Numbered from the stretch's first letter, positions 49,560 to 61,849 are shown. The stretch: 64,000 bases of DNA from Candidatus Hydrogenedentota bacterium (GCA_963745075.1 CAVUWV010000003.1:1-64000), one strand, 5' to 3'. A program made the numbers and translations. Notes: generated from the letters alone by a model not told the origin.

Positions 49560-50546
49560 ATGGGGAGACGATTGCGCATCGGATTTGTCGGCGCCGGGGG
49601 CATTGGGGTCGCGCATTACGACCGCTTTCGCGAAGTGAAGCGCGCCGAAGTCGTCGCGCTGACCGAGCCTAGCCGGAAAGCGCTCAAGCGCTTATATACG
49701 CGGTTTCCCGAGTCGAAAGAGTTACCGCGTTACGAGAACTATCTCGACATGATCGAGCGGGAAGAACTCGATGGCGTAGTGGTCATGACGCCGCACACGC
49801 TGCACTACGATCAGATCTGCACCTGTCTTGGTAAAGGCTTGCACGTGCTTGCGGAAAAGCCCCTCGCGTGCACCGTGAAACACGCCAAGGCCCTGATCCG
49901 GAAAGCCGCCACGGTCGATCGCGTCCTGATGATCTCGTATCAACGGCACTTCGATCCGCAGTTTCGGTACATCCGGGAGCAGGTGGCCAAAGGCGCCCTC
50001 GGCCAGGTGCAGTTCGTGCAGGCCATTCAGTCGCAGGAATGGCTGCGCGTGACCAAAGGGATGTGGCGCCAGTCGCTGGCCCTGTCGGGTGGCGGACAGT
50101 TGAACGATTCCGGCAGCCACCTCATCGACATCATCATGTGGGTGACCGGACTGAAAGTCGCCGAAGTATACGCGAAACAGGAAAACTTCGGCGGCGAGGT
50201 CGATATCAATACCACGCTCAGCATGAAATTTCAGAACGGGGCACTCGGGAGCATGTCCGTCATTGGCAATGCCCCCGGGTGGTATGAAGAGCTTGCCGTC
50301 GTCGGGAGCAAAGGTGCGGTATACTTACAGCACGGAACCGGGTTGATACACCAGGACGCCTTGGGGCGGCCGGTAAAGGTGAAACTGCCGAAATACCGGA
50401 AAACCCCCGATTCCAACTTTATCGATTCCATTCTGGGGAACGATGATCCGCAGACGCCGCCGGAATGCGGACTGCGCACCATCGAGGTCACCGAAGCCGC
50501 GTGGCGGTCGGCGGCCTCCGGGAAAGCCGTACGCGTACCGAAATAG
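49560..50546 (+). CDS. Gfo/Idh/MocA oxidoreductase
   Basis: IGFVGAGGIG, TPHTLH, HVLAEKP, GGGQLNDSGSH. Confidence 0.92.
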   Translation: MGRRLRIGFVGAGGIGVAHYDRFREVKRAEVVALTEPSRKALKRLYTRFPESKELPRYENYLDMIEREELDGVVVMTPHTLHYDQICTCLGKGLHVLAEKPLACTVKHAKALIRKAATVDRVLMISYQRHFDPQFRYIREQVAKGALGQVQFVQAIQSQEWLRVTKGMWRQSLALSGGGQLNDSGSHLIDIIMWVTGLKVAEVYAKQENFGGEVDINTTLSMKFQNGALGSMSVIGNAPGWYEELAVVGSKGAVYLQHGTGLIHQDALGRPVKVKLPKYRKTPDSNFIDSILGNDDPQTPPECGLRTIEVTEAAWRSAASGKAVRVPK

Positions 50547-50610
50547 GCGGCCCGGCGGAGATGTTCTTGCACACGGGGCCGTCCGATCCATGACCGGGGA
50601 GTAATGCATC

Positions 50611-52656
50611 TTGACCGTTGTGCTGATCGCCGCCGCCTTGTGTGCCGCCACGCTTCCCGGCGCGGATGCGTATGTTGCCGCGCGCAATGCCGAGGCCCAA
50701 GGCCATTACGCGGAAGCAGTCAAGCACTACGCCGACTGCGCCGGGCATGACGACGTCCTCCGGTCCTACGCGTTGGTGCGCGAAGCGCGCTGTCAAGCGC
50801 TTGCGGGGAACGAGGAGGACGCCGTCGCCCAGCTCGAGGTGGTGGCGGGGGACCCGTACGCCGGTTCCGCGCAGCGTCTGGCCGGGGTGGAACTGGCCGC
50901 ATGCTACGCGCGGGCGAATCGCAATGGGGACGCCGCGGTCGTGATGCGGCGAGCGCTCGATTTGCCCATTCGACCGCGATTCCTTCGCGCCTGCGAACTC
51001 ACCCTGGCCGATTATCTCGTCGCATCGGAGGACGGTGAAGCGGAAGGGTACGCCTTGTACGCGCGGCTGATGTCCGAAGCCCGGACCCGGTCCGATCGCA
51101 TCGAGGCCGCGCAGCGTCTGGCAAAGTCTTCCGATGTGCAGCACAAACTGGACGCCGCCGACGCGCTCCTGTTCAGTGGGGAGGATCGCGAAGCCAAACG
51201 TGTATTGTTGAGCGCGGCCCCGGCCCTCTTGCTGCAAGGGGACGCGTATCGGGCGCAAAGCTACTTCCTGCAGGGGCGGCTTCAACTCGGGGCCAAAGAC
51301 GGCAGCGGCCGGATCCTGCTCCGGGACGTGGCCGAGAAGTACCCCGATTCGCCGTGGGCGGCAGACGCGCTGCTGTACCTGGGTCGCAGCCTGTACGGAG
51401 ACGGCCACCACGAAGACGGCGAATCCGCGTTCGACCGGCTGGCGAAAAAGTACCCCGGCACGGACGAGACCGCCCGTGGACTGTGGTGGTTGGGGCAGCG
51501 GAAGCTGTCGGATGGGGAGCCCAAGGACGCGGCGAAGGTATTCCTGCGTCTTGCGGAAGTCTGCCCCGAACACAAACTGGCCGATGATGCCGCGGTCACA
51601 GCCGGAAACGTGCTCCGCGATGAGAAGAAGACGAAAGACGCGATCGAGGCGTATCAATCGCTCGCAAAGCGCGATCCCTACGGCCCGATGACCGCAGAAG
51701 CGCTGTTCGAGTGCGGGAGACTCTACGAATCGGATGGCAAGACCGATGACGCGACCACGTCCTATGCGCAGGCGGCTCGGTTGGTGGGGCAGTTTTGCGC
51801 GCACCGCGCCGTCGAACGGCTCGAAGAGCTTGGTAAAGTGTCGGCGCGTGATTTGAAGGCCACCGGCGCTCACTCCTTTATCCGTCCGGTTCCGCTGGGC
51901 GATCTGCCCAACGCGGACTATCCGGAATCAGTGCAAAGCGCGCCGTGGTTCAAGCGGCTGTTCTTTTTTGCCGGCCGGGGATACGAAGAGGCGGAATGGG
52001 AAGGCGTGAATCTCATTCCAACCATGGTCAACGGGCCCGATCCCGGCGTGTACTACCGGGCCCTGGCCGATGCCGGGCTCTGTGCCCTGGCCGCGGAAAT
52101 CGCCAACGTCACCGGCTGGGGACTCAGGGACGATGCGCCAACCCTGGAACGGCTGCGGGTGTTCTACCCGCGCGCCTACTGGGGCGACGTGCAGCGCATG
52201 GCCCGGGAGACCGGGCTGGACCCCTACCTTATCCTGGCCGTGGGACGGCAGGAGAGCATCTTTCAGTCCCGGGTCGTCTCGCCCGCAGGGGCCACGGGGG
52301 TCATGCAATTGATGCCGGGCACGGCCGATTGGCTCGCCCGAATCGAACCGGCGGTGAACGGCGACCACGTCGGCGACCTGACCGATCCCGCCAATTCGCT
52401 GCGCCTCGGCGCCTACTATTTGATCCGCATGGTGGAGCGGAACGATGCAAATCTGGTATATGCATTGGCGTCGTATAACGCGGGGCCGGGGAATGTGTCC
52501 AAATGGAAACGCCAAATCCCAACCAGCGATATGGAAGCTTTTCTGGAATCCATTCCCTTCGCCGAAACGCGGGGATTTGTCAAGAAAGTCCTGGGCAATT
52601 ACGCAGCGTACCATTCCATCTACCCCGAGCCAAGTCGAATCGCCTCCGCCAGATAG
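50611..52656 (+). CDS. Soluble lytic transglycosylase with TPR repeats
   Basis: RQES, GVMQLMP.TA, ASYNAGPG, ETRGFVKKV. Confidence 0.92.
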   Translation: MTVVLIAAALCAATLPGADAYVAARNAEAQGHYAEAVKHYADCAGHDDVLRSYALVREARCQALAGNEEDAVAQLEVVAGDPYAGSAQRLAGVELAACYARANRNGDAAVVMRRALDLPIRPRFLRACELTLADYLVASEDGEAEGYALYARLMSEARTRSDRIEAAQRLAKSSDVQHKLDAADALLFSGEDREAKRVLLSAAPALLLQGDAYRAQSYFLQGRLQLGAKDGSGRILLRDVAEKYPDSPWAADALLYLGRSLYGDGHHEDGESAFDRLAKKYPGTDETARGLWWLGQRKLSDGEPKDAAKVFLRLAEVCPEHKLADDAAVTAGNVLRDEKKTKDAIEAYQSLAKRDPYGPMTAEALFECGRLYESDGKTDDATTSYAQAARLVGQFCAHRAVERLEELGKVSARDLKATGAHSFIRPVPLGDLPNADYPESVQSAPWFKRLFFFAGRGYEEAEWEGVNLIPTMVNGPDPGVYYRALADAGLCALAAEIANVTGWGLRDDAPTLERLRVFYPRAYWGDVQRMARETGLDPYLILAVGRQESIFQSRVVSPAGATGVMQLMPGTADWLARIEPAVNGDHVGDLTDPANSLRLGAYYLIRMVERNDANLVYALASYNAGPGNVSKWKRQIPTSDMEAFLESIPFAETRGFVKKVLGNYAAYHSIYPEPSRIASAR

Positions 52657-52835
52657 GGCGCGACCCGCAAGAGTTTGGGGCGGTAGGATGCGCGACGGAT
52701 GGTTGGGATGGGGATTTTGGGTGAGGGAGAAGCGACGGTAATCTCTTTACTAAATTTAGGAATAGTGCAGGTCTGTGAAATGCGGGATATATGCTTAACC
52801 TTCTGTCTTCGTGGGAATTGCGCAATCCTTGTTTG

Positions 52836-52897
52836 TTGACACAAATACCGTTGTATGTTATAAGCTGTGTGACATCTTCCGGGCCGCGTGGTACCAT
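52836..52897 (+). promoter_or_regulatory. Tandem sigma70-type promoters for the surface-protein gene
   Basis: TTGACA-17-TATAAG (52836-52864) and GTGACA-17-TACCAT with extended TG (52869-52897). Confidence 0.6.
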
Positions 52898-53130
52898 TAT
52901 AGGCGCAGCCTTCATGGGTTGTTGAGGGTCCAAGGGGGCCAAGGCGCAACATACACGAAAGCGGTGTCGCTGTGTCTTGGTGCACTCTTGAAAGAGGTAG
53001 GAACAGAACGGTTCGCGACGGTACGGGGTTGTCGCGAGCCCTTCCCGAAAACAATGAGCAAAGCGAATCCTAAGGCTCCTGGCATCGTTACGAACGGGGG
53101 CCATTTTGCTTTTTGGTGGAGGAATCTATT

Positions 53131-56100
53131 GTGAAGAAGTCTAGCGCCGGATCTCGTGTCGCCCTGACCGCAGCGGTCATGGTACTACTGCCGTTCCTAA
53201 TCCCCAGCGCACTGGCGCAAACCGTCGACCTCTCCGTGGTTAAGACCGGCGACTCGACAACGTACAACTGCGGGCGATCCGGTCACGTACACGATCACAG
53301 TCACCAACAACGGTCCGGATGACGCAAACGGTGTGGTTTTGCAGCGATACGTTCCCGACCCAGGTGATCGTTGCCAATATCACCGATATCGTACGTGTTC
53401 ACTTCAACTGCCGCACGTTGTTTCCGGGTGACTTCGCAAACGACTGTCACCGAAATCAACGACGTCTGGAATATGCCGGCGGGTGGCCAGTTATATACAC
53501 CGTTATCGGGCAAATTGAAAGCGAAAGTGTCAGCTTTACGATTAACGATTTGATTCCCGATTCCAGCGCGTTGCTTCCCCTGAACGATTGGGCGCCCATC
53601 TTCATGGTTCACAATGGACCCGCCCGGATTCGGGTGGCGATTCGACCGACATTGAGAACACGGCAACGGTGGACCACGCCGGACGGCGCGACCGACCCCG
53701 ATACCGAATAACAACACGGCTGTCGCGGCGGCAACCATTTTCTCGGCAATAGAGGAGCGAAGGCTTGCGTCGTTCGTGTTTAAGTTCAAGAGCGATCCCA
53801 AGGCGGCGACCGCACGTATGATACTGCCGGCGGCCGCGAATCCCTCGGACATATATCAGATCGGCATGTTCGTCGACGATGGCGAGTGCGAGCGCGACCG
53901 GGGTGTTTGAACAAGGACGATAGATCGTTCGAGGCCGCGCCGTCGCGCATCGTTCGCCGGGAGTTCCGCTGATATTCGATCCCGACGGTTATGTGTTTGG
54001 CACCGGGGAACCGTCCATCGACAACGACCCCGATCCGCTCGTCATTTGACCTCGACCTCACGGAATTCGAAGTGGACACGTCCGTAATCCGATCCTGCCC
54101 GCTAGACGTATATTCTCGCCATACGAACGACGGCGACCTGGCGGAACGCCATCACGCTCGCCTATGAAGTGACGGACGCCTTGATGGTGTTGCCCGACGG
54201 CACGGTGCCAACGGGACCCGACGGAAACCCGGACACCTATAGCCCGGATTTCTCGATGGGCGAGAAGCTCGATCCGGAAACCGCCTATTCGTCCAGCTTT
54301 GCCGTGTGGGACATCACGAGCGGCCCAACCACGCAGACTTGGCAGGATGGAGAGTTCTCGAACGCTTGGGCGCATCCGCGCAGGTATTACACTCCTCTCG
54401 CCGAGTACCGGCGTCCCCGATTTGATGCCATTGGAACGGCGTTCGACTTGGTGGGCGGCGAGTTCCTGGATCTTCGGCGTCTCTTCCCGCTCGATCAATG
54501 GACGCCCGTCATCGGGATTAACATGCACGGCTTCAACGGACCCATCGGGCTTACAAGTGGAGGGATTGCCGATCCGCCGAGTCGTTACACCGGTCCCGCG
54601 TTGCGGGAAGTAAACGTCATTCTCACCGACATCGGCGCCAATCCCAACGCCCCGGCAGGCAATGGCGGGTTTAATCCAAACCAAGCGCTCGAGAATATGA
54701 CCAATGAACGCGATAGTACGAGCGCGGATTTTAATCCCGACGAGTCCATCCGGCGCGATTTCGGTTTTAACGGGATTTGGATATTCCACGATACCAACGG
54801 CAACGGCGTATTCGACCAGCCCGTCCCATTGCCCGGCGGTGGCGTCAGCTTCGCCGGCGGCGACTACCCCATGTTCCCCGAGGATAATACCTATCTCCAA
54901 TCTCCCGACGATCGCTTGTCCGGTTTGCCTACATGGCAGTACGTTCCATTCCCACCGGACGGCGGCGATCCCTGGTGGAAGATTCGACTTCGCTGCAGTT
55001 ATCTCGGGCGTCAGGCGAGATACGGAAGCCGACCCGCCTCCACCCGCTGAGGGCGGCTGGCTCGAGGCGACGCCTGATGGCAATTCCACAGCTTATCCTA
55101 CGAGCATGTACAATGACTTCTTCGTGGTCGTTCGCCCGGACGGCGGTTACACGGATTCGTCTGGGCTCCCGGGTGATGGCGTCGGGATGACCTATGGCGC
55201 AGATTTCCGGGCCTTCATTGAGCCACGCCGGTTCAACCCAAACTCGGCTTTTACTCCAGGCGCGCCCGCTGGGCAGGAAGACGGTGGGATTTACGTTTCG
55301 TCCCAATTGCCTACTGACAGCGATATCTTCGAAGGCAATTACGAGAGCTATGCATGGCAGGAAGATCCCCTCTGGGGCGCTTCGGAACCATGGTGGCCTC
55401 AACGCACCTTGAACCGGACGAACGCGAAACCGGCACGCGGCGGAGCGGAAATCCACGACTTGGTGATCACGTACGAATCCAACAATAACTTTGCCCGAAC
55501 CTCGGACGTCAATTACGGCTCGGGAATGGAACGCTTTGGAGGGTTCGGCGTCGGCGAGTTCGGATTCAATCCCTTCAGCCCGTTCTATCCGAACTTCTCA
55601 CGATGGCTTGATCCCTACGGACTGGTTGCTACTTCGTTCCAAGACGTGCATCCGGTGGCGGTTGCTGCCTGGCGTACCTTTATCAACGGCAATCCGTCGG
55701 CCGACGACCAATTGTTTGATACGTTCCAGTATCCCTATGAGACCGTGCCATTCCTCATTCCGGAGCACGATCTCCCGCCCTTTGGTCCTCGCTCCGCGTA
55801 TTTACCGGTACCGCCCACTCCGACCACCGTTCCCGACTACGGCACGTGGCCGGCGTTGTTGCAGCCCGGCGAGTATCCACGGGAATCCCAGTGGCCGTTG
55901 GGGAACCGGGAATCCCGCTACCTGAAACAGCATATTGAACCGCAGGGGCGCGCAACCGCCATGCTGGGGATCAACCTCGTCGGTGCCGACGACCCGGTTG
56001 TGAACGCCATAAGTCCGCCTTCGGCAATCAAGCTTCAGCAGATTACCGTTGCGTTCTGGGGTCCCGATTTCGATCCCAACACGGATTTCTTGGCCCTTGA

Positions 56101-58819
56101 CCCGAACGGTACCTCGACCACCTCCGGTGTGCTGCTCGCGGAAGATACGTCCGGTGACGGTGTGTTCGGCGGGGAACTGACCACGACCGACGAACTGAAC
56201 CTGGACACGCCCGTTCAGTTGACCGGCTTGGCCTGGCGGACGGCGCCCGAACTGGTCGACCTGACCGGCGACGGCGTGCCCGACGACCTCAGTGGCGACG
56301 GCGTAGTGACCGATGCCGACAAGGCGTGGGTCCTGCGGATGCGTCCGGTGAACCCATGGCCGCTCCCTGTACGGGACGCGCCGGGCGGGTATCTGCCCCC
56401 GGCCCCGTCACAGGTCGTCAGCGAGCCGGCCGACCAGCCCGTCACGAAGGAGACGAAATCCGCTGCTCCGGTCGATCCGGGCAAAGCGTATTGGAAGAAA
56501 GTGCCGGTGACGGTCACGGAAGCCCAAGAGACCAGCACCGCAAAGGCCTTGAAAGCTGCCATCACCAAGGCGATTGGCCCGAGCGGACATGCGGGAGACG
56601 ATCTCTTTGTCGTGGTTCGGACTACCGACCAGTTGCGGCGGTTTGAACAGTTCCGCGCGGTGGTCCCGTCGACGCTGCCGGAACGGACAGCCTCGGACCG
56701 GCCCGCGGGCATCCAATTGCTTCCGCAAACGCCCATCAGCCAGAGCATCTATCAGAAGTCACAGCCGGATGAAGGCCCCGTCCAGCCGTACTACGGTCCG
56801 GCTTTGCCGAGCTATACGCCCGATCAACCGTGGCTGAGCTACGACTTCGGTTACGACATGCTCGAAGCGAACATCGGCGCGAAGCTGGTGGATTTGGCCG
56901 GATCCGGCAAGACCATTTCGAAAAACAGCGGGGACGTGGCCGTGCTCGGCATTGACGTCAGCACGAACCGCAGCACGGCGGTTGGAACGGTCGCTTCCGG
57001 CGCCAGCGGCACCGGTGGCCCGGCAACCTTCACCGTGTCCAGCGCCGGCTGGACGGGTGGCGCTTTCACGGGGTTTTTCCTGATCGACAAGAACTACCAG
57101 GCGTTCCGGATCACCGGCAATACGAACACGAAGCTCTTCCTCCAGGCCACGGCTGACGCCGCTGGAACACCGGCGTCGGGCGCGTGGCGTGTTGTCAAGG
57201 ATCCGAGCTTCCTCGAGCAAGTCATCGTCGAGTTTTATGACGTAAACAACGATGGCGCGTTCAACATCTTCGACGATCTCTTGCCGCTTGACATCGATCC
57301 CGATCTCAGCGGTGTCAAGCTCTACCGAGACAACGATAACGATCCCGCTAACATAAACGGCATCTTCGATCCCGCGGACATACCGGTGCCGCTGGACTAC
57401 CCGCCGTTCCAGATCGGCCAGGCCGGGGAACCCGATACCCAGGTCATGATGGTCTTCTCGACACCGGGCACGGACAACATCCCGCAGGCGATCACCAATC
57501 AGACGCGGCATCGCCAGTGGATACCGGATACCTTCGGCGATACGCCATCCGACATCGCCAAGGGGTCAGACTTCTTCGTCGTCATCAGCACGTCCGATCA
57601 GATTGAAGTGGGCGACGACTTCCGCGTCGGTCTGGTGTCGTGGGGTCCGAACACGCCGACGGAACCGGATCCGGACACCTTCCCGCCGCCGCCGGCGAGC
57701 CGGGTGGGTGAATTCGACGTTTTCAGCGAGTTCCCGTGGGGCGCCCGTGCGCTTGGGTTCATCTCGTTCTTTACCGATCAGCCGTACTACAAACAGTACC
57801 CCGAAGTGGACAACTCGGGCTTTGACTGGGTACGGTCCACGGCCAATAAGAACGCCCAGAGCGGCACCATCACGGCTGTGGAAGGCGTCGTGCAGGGTGA
57901 CGACCTGGCGATTACCGATGTCGTGCCCAAGCTACTGGCTAAGAATACCCCGGCCGGCGGCGTGACGCTTTCCATCACGGGCCAGAACTTCGGTACGGCA
58001 CCCATCGTAACGCTGGACGGAGTCACCTTGACGATCGTGTCGGCGACCAACACCCTCATCGTCGCGACGATACCGGGCGGTACCGTCGTGGATCCGGACA
58101 ACAACAACGTGGCGACGCTGAAAGTGACGAACTCGACGACCGGCAAGTTCGATACCTTTAACGGCTTCACCATTACGGCCGGCGGAGCCGGCAGTGCGCC
58201 CACGATAACGGCGGTTACTCCCAATCAAGGCCGGAACACCGACTTCCCGGTGACGATCACCGGCACGAACTTCGACAACCCGAAAGTCTATTTCGAAGGT
58301 ATCGTAATGCCGGTGAATTCTTGGACGCCTACATCGATCGTCGTTGGTTTCCCGACCGGGGGACTTTCGTCCACCGGAGCACTGGACGTCACTGTCCAGA
58401 ACCAGCCTTCCGGTCTCTTCGCCGTGTTGCCGGACGGGTTTACCTATATCAACACACCGACCGGTGGTGGCACAGGCGGCGGTGCGTTGACGGGTGGCGG
58501 GCTGCCCAGTTGCTTTATCGCAACGGCGGCCTATGGCTCTCCCTTTGCCGGCAAGCTTGACACCTTCCGCAGCTTCCGGGATACGGTGTTACTGAAGACC
58601 GCGGCCGGCGCCGCGGCAGTGGACCTGTATTACACCGTCAGCCCGCCCATCGCCGACCAAGTCGCGGTCCATCCGGCGCTGGCGTTGTTGGTGCGCACCG
58701 TGCTCACTCCGGTGGCATGGGGGCTGGAATCGCCCGGGTTAACCGCAGCGCTGTTTTTGTTCGTTGCGGTGGGCGTCGCATTCCGTATCCGCCGGAAACG
58801 CCAGGTAGTACGAAACTAG
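53131..58819 (+). CDS. Very large surface protein: signal peptide, DUF11, repeated Ca-loop modules, 2 IPT/TIG domains, CFI-box-CTERM (multiple frameshifts 53265-55005)
   Basis: GGAGG RBS + GTG; ..SALA-Q signal; DLSVVKT..VTYTITVTNNGP (DUF11); ITG.NF IPT motifs; CFIATAAYGS..FRD.VL...YY..SPP; TM helix + RRKR tail. Confidence 0.8.
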
Positions 58820-58828
58820 TTTCTTGAC

Positions 58829-58860
58829 CTGCCCCGGAGGCTTGCGAGCCTCCGGGGCAG
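58829..58860 (+). other. Perfect 14-bp intergenic hairpin without U-tract
   Basis: CTGCCCCGGAGGCT-TGCG-AGCCTCCGGGGCAG. Confidence 0.7.
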
Positions 58861-58926
58861 TCCGTTACAGTAATCCGGAGGGGCGCCAGTGTGGGGTGCA
58901 CCCGAGAAGAGAAAGGATTGAACCCG

Positions 58927-61307
58927 GTGAGCACGACAATCCGAGCGGCCCTGCGAACGTTGATGTTGGTTCTCCTGGCAGCGGTGGTAGCACCTCAGGG
59001 CTGGGCATTCTATCCCTACGGTTTCTTCAACGAGTCCGGAGAACTCGTCATCATCAAGTGGCCGTTAAGCGTGCTGGACGTGAACGGCGACGGTGACGTT
59101 AGCGGACCGGGTGACGGCGTGGAACTCAATATCGAAACCGGCAACGGGACGGACGGCTTCACCACCAACGAGGTCGCAAAGGTCATGGCCGGATACGAGG
59201 AGTGGGAACGCGTATCGTCCGCCTACATTGCGTTTCGGCAAGGTCCCGCGATTGTGGATCCGATTGAAATCTCCGCAGGCGTTGATTCCGTCGATGCATT
59301 CAATCTAGTCCTCTTCGAATCCGAAGACGACGAAGTCGCGCAAGGGGGGTCCATCGTCGGCGGCGCTCTCTCAGTGACGTTAGTGGCCAATACGTTTGAC
59401 GATACGTATATTACCGTAGGGAGCACTACATTCCCCGTTACTGGTGGACAATTCATCGACGTGGACACCGTGATTTCCTATCTCGCCCGAGAAATCGAAA
59501 ACACCAGTGATGAAATCTCGTTACAGGGACTGGTAACGGCCATTGCGGGGACTACGTTCGGTTTGGGTGATAGCCCGCTGGCGAATTACGATGAGAACGC
59601 CACCCAACAACAACAGGATCAGAATAAGTTCGTGAACGTCGAGGATCGGGTGATTGCGATACGCAATTACGACGGCACATTGAGCTTGCGCGGCGTAAGC
59701 TCTACCATGATAAACGATTTCGTCGTATACCTCGAAGATAATGATACGTTAACCGATTCCCACGCGGACCTTGCCCCCGACGACATTGGTGCCGTGACGT
59801 ACCTATATCCGCGCTCGAGTATCGACCTGTTTTTCGACCTGGACCAACGTGCCCGCACACAAGCCCGTAATGGATTTGCCTCCGAACCCATCGCCGGCGC
59901 GTGGATCAGGGCGTGGTGCGATGCTGATAACAATCCCGGAACCGCCCGGGTTCCTTTAACGGACACGTTCACGGGTTTGTATCAATGGCAGGTGAACACG
60001 GATTTCCGGGGCCACTTCTCCTTGAAGAATCTATTCAAGCAGCTTGAGACCATCCAGGAAATTTCCTTTAGCGCGAATTACACATTTTCCTGCAGCGAGT
60101 TTCTGCCGCCGATCCTCGATCAAGGAGATTACGATACGACTCACGGCGGTTTGCATTTGGCTGTCCGCCGGACGCTCCGTCGGGCCAGTCCGGCTTCGGA
60201 TTCGACAGCGGGTTCCCGTCCGAAGTCTTCTTTGAAGGAGAAAACCTGTTTGGCCTTCAGAACGTGAATCAGGGCACCCCGCTGTCCTTCGATCTCCAAT
60301 CGCGAAAGATCGTCAGCGAAACCAGCGGCAAGACCTTGGATGTCCTCCTCGCCGCCGGTCGGCCCATGTTTGGCGATCAAAACGCCGTGTGCCCGCTCAA
60401 TGTTATCGTGGCGGGCATTTATCCGGCCCAGAGCCCCGCGATCTTCCGGGGCTTCCGCGACAAAGTGCTCCTGAACACGGCCGTGGGCGCCGCGATGGTT
60501 GATGCCTACTACCGTGCCGCGCCGACGATGGCCCAGTACCTGCTCGAACACCGCACGGTTCTGGCAAGCGCCCGCTATGTAGCCCGAGGTTTCGAGTGGG
60601 TGATCGCCCACGCGGAATGGTTACTGGCGCTGGTGACGGCGATGTTGCTTTGGGGTTTTGGCCGGCGCTATTGGTTGCGGCGCAAAGCGGTCACGATTTC
60701 CGGCCTGATTTTGGTGGGTGCACTTGCCTTCGGCGCGCAACCCGCCCACGCGCTCTTGCTGCCGTACGACATTTCCGACTACATGGACAAGTCCAGCGAC
60801 GTGATTTACGGTAACGTTACGTCGGTTGAGTCATACTGGACCGACAACAATACCCGGATCGTCACCGACGTGACCGTCTGCGTGAAGACCGCCATCAAGG
60901 GACAACAGAACGAAGGAGGACTGGTCCATTTCCAGTTGCCCACGGGCCGGGTCGGCGCTGTCGGCCGCTTCTCCCCCGACATCCCAAATTTCAAACGGGG
61001 GGAAGAAATCGTACTGTTCCTCCAATGCCAGGAGCGCGGCTTCATCATCATGGGCGGTGTCGCGGGGAAGTACGCGGTGAAGACCGACCCCCACACCGGC
61101 AAAAAGTACGTGCTGCCCACGTCCATCCCGGGAAAGACCCGGCTTGAAAAGGAAGCGCAGCGGATCCGTGTGGAAAAAGCTGCCGAGGGCGAAGACACCC
61201 CCGCGAAATCGGACACACCGGTTCGCGCCATGGTTCCGCTCGACGACTTTGTCAAGCACCTGCGGCGGTTGGAGCAAGAACAACCGGAGAACCCGAAGAA
61301 GGCGTAG
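58927..61307 (+). CDS. Secreted matrixin-like protein lacking Zn ligands, with internal CFI-box-like domain and a C-terminal extra domain (frameshift near 60150-60190)
   Basis: Signal peptide; STM and LAPDDIGAVTYLYP; the frame ...FPSEVFFEGENLFGLQNVNQG links to ORF 60264..61307. Confidence 0.65.
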
Positions 61308-61335
61308 GTTCGACTCTACACGCGATTTAGTTTTC

Positions 61336-61372
61336 GGCCCTCCGCGGATACGTGGGGGGCTTTTGATTTTTT
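61336..61372 (+). terminator. Intrinsic terminator
   Basis: GCCCTCCGCG-GATA-CGTGGGGGGC followed by TTTTGATTTTTT. Confidence 0.7.
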
Positions 61373-61849
61373 GCGGCTTTGACGCCATTTCCGCGTAGAA
61401 TCACCGTACCACCGAAAAGTGATCTTGCGGACTCCGAACCTACATAACCTCTTGCAATGGGAAGGATGAACCGTGTTTGCCGACGCGCTTCTGGGGAAAG
61501 AGGTTCGGGCACGCACAAATTGCATTGGGACATGGGGTCGGATAGACTGTGGCCTCTTCATTGGGCCGGCGAATGACGGACAATTTTCACGCGTCAACCT
61601 GGACCCTTGGCGGCGCGTTACTCCAGCGTTACAAAGGATTTCGGAGACTTACGGACGGCGTGCCGGACCACATGGAACTTCGGCGGCAGGAAAGCGTATC
61701 TGCCGTGCCGCCGACGGAAAACTGAGATTAGTGCTGTATGTAGCGGTCCCGCCCTTTGGGGATACCGCCCATAGTGGATAGGAGCCGGATACCGGTTTCA
61801 ATGCCATTTTAGCCAACCCTCGCGGGGTTGGATCATCACGGAGGCGAAC

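Noticed and set aside
53040..53105. c-di-GMP riboswitch (GAAAACAATGA; GCAAAGC..CTAAGG)
   Set aside because: Only fragments resemble class I or II; the required paired elements are missing. Kept only as an unassigned structured leader.
61473..61781. 102-aa ORF as a confident CDS
   Set aside because: No recognisable domain and atypical composition; left unannotated.
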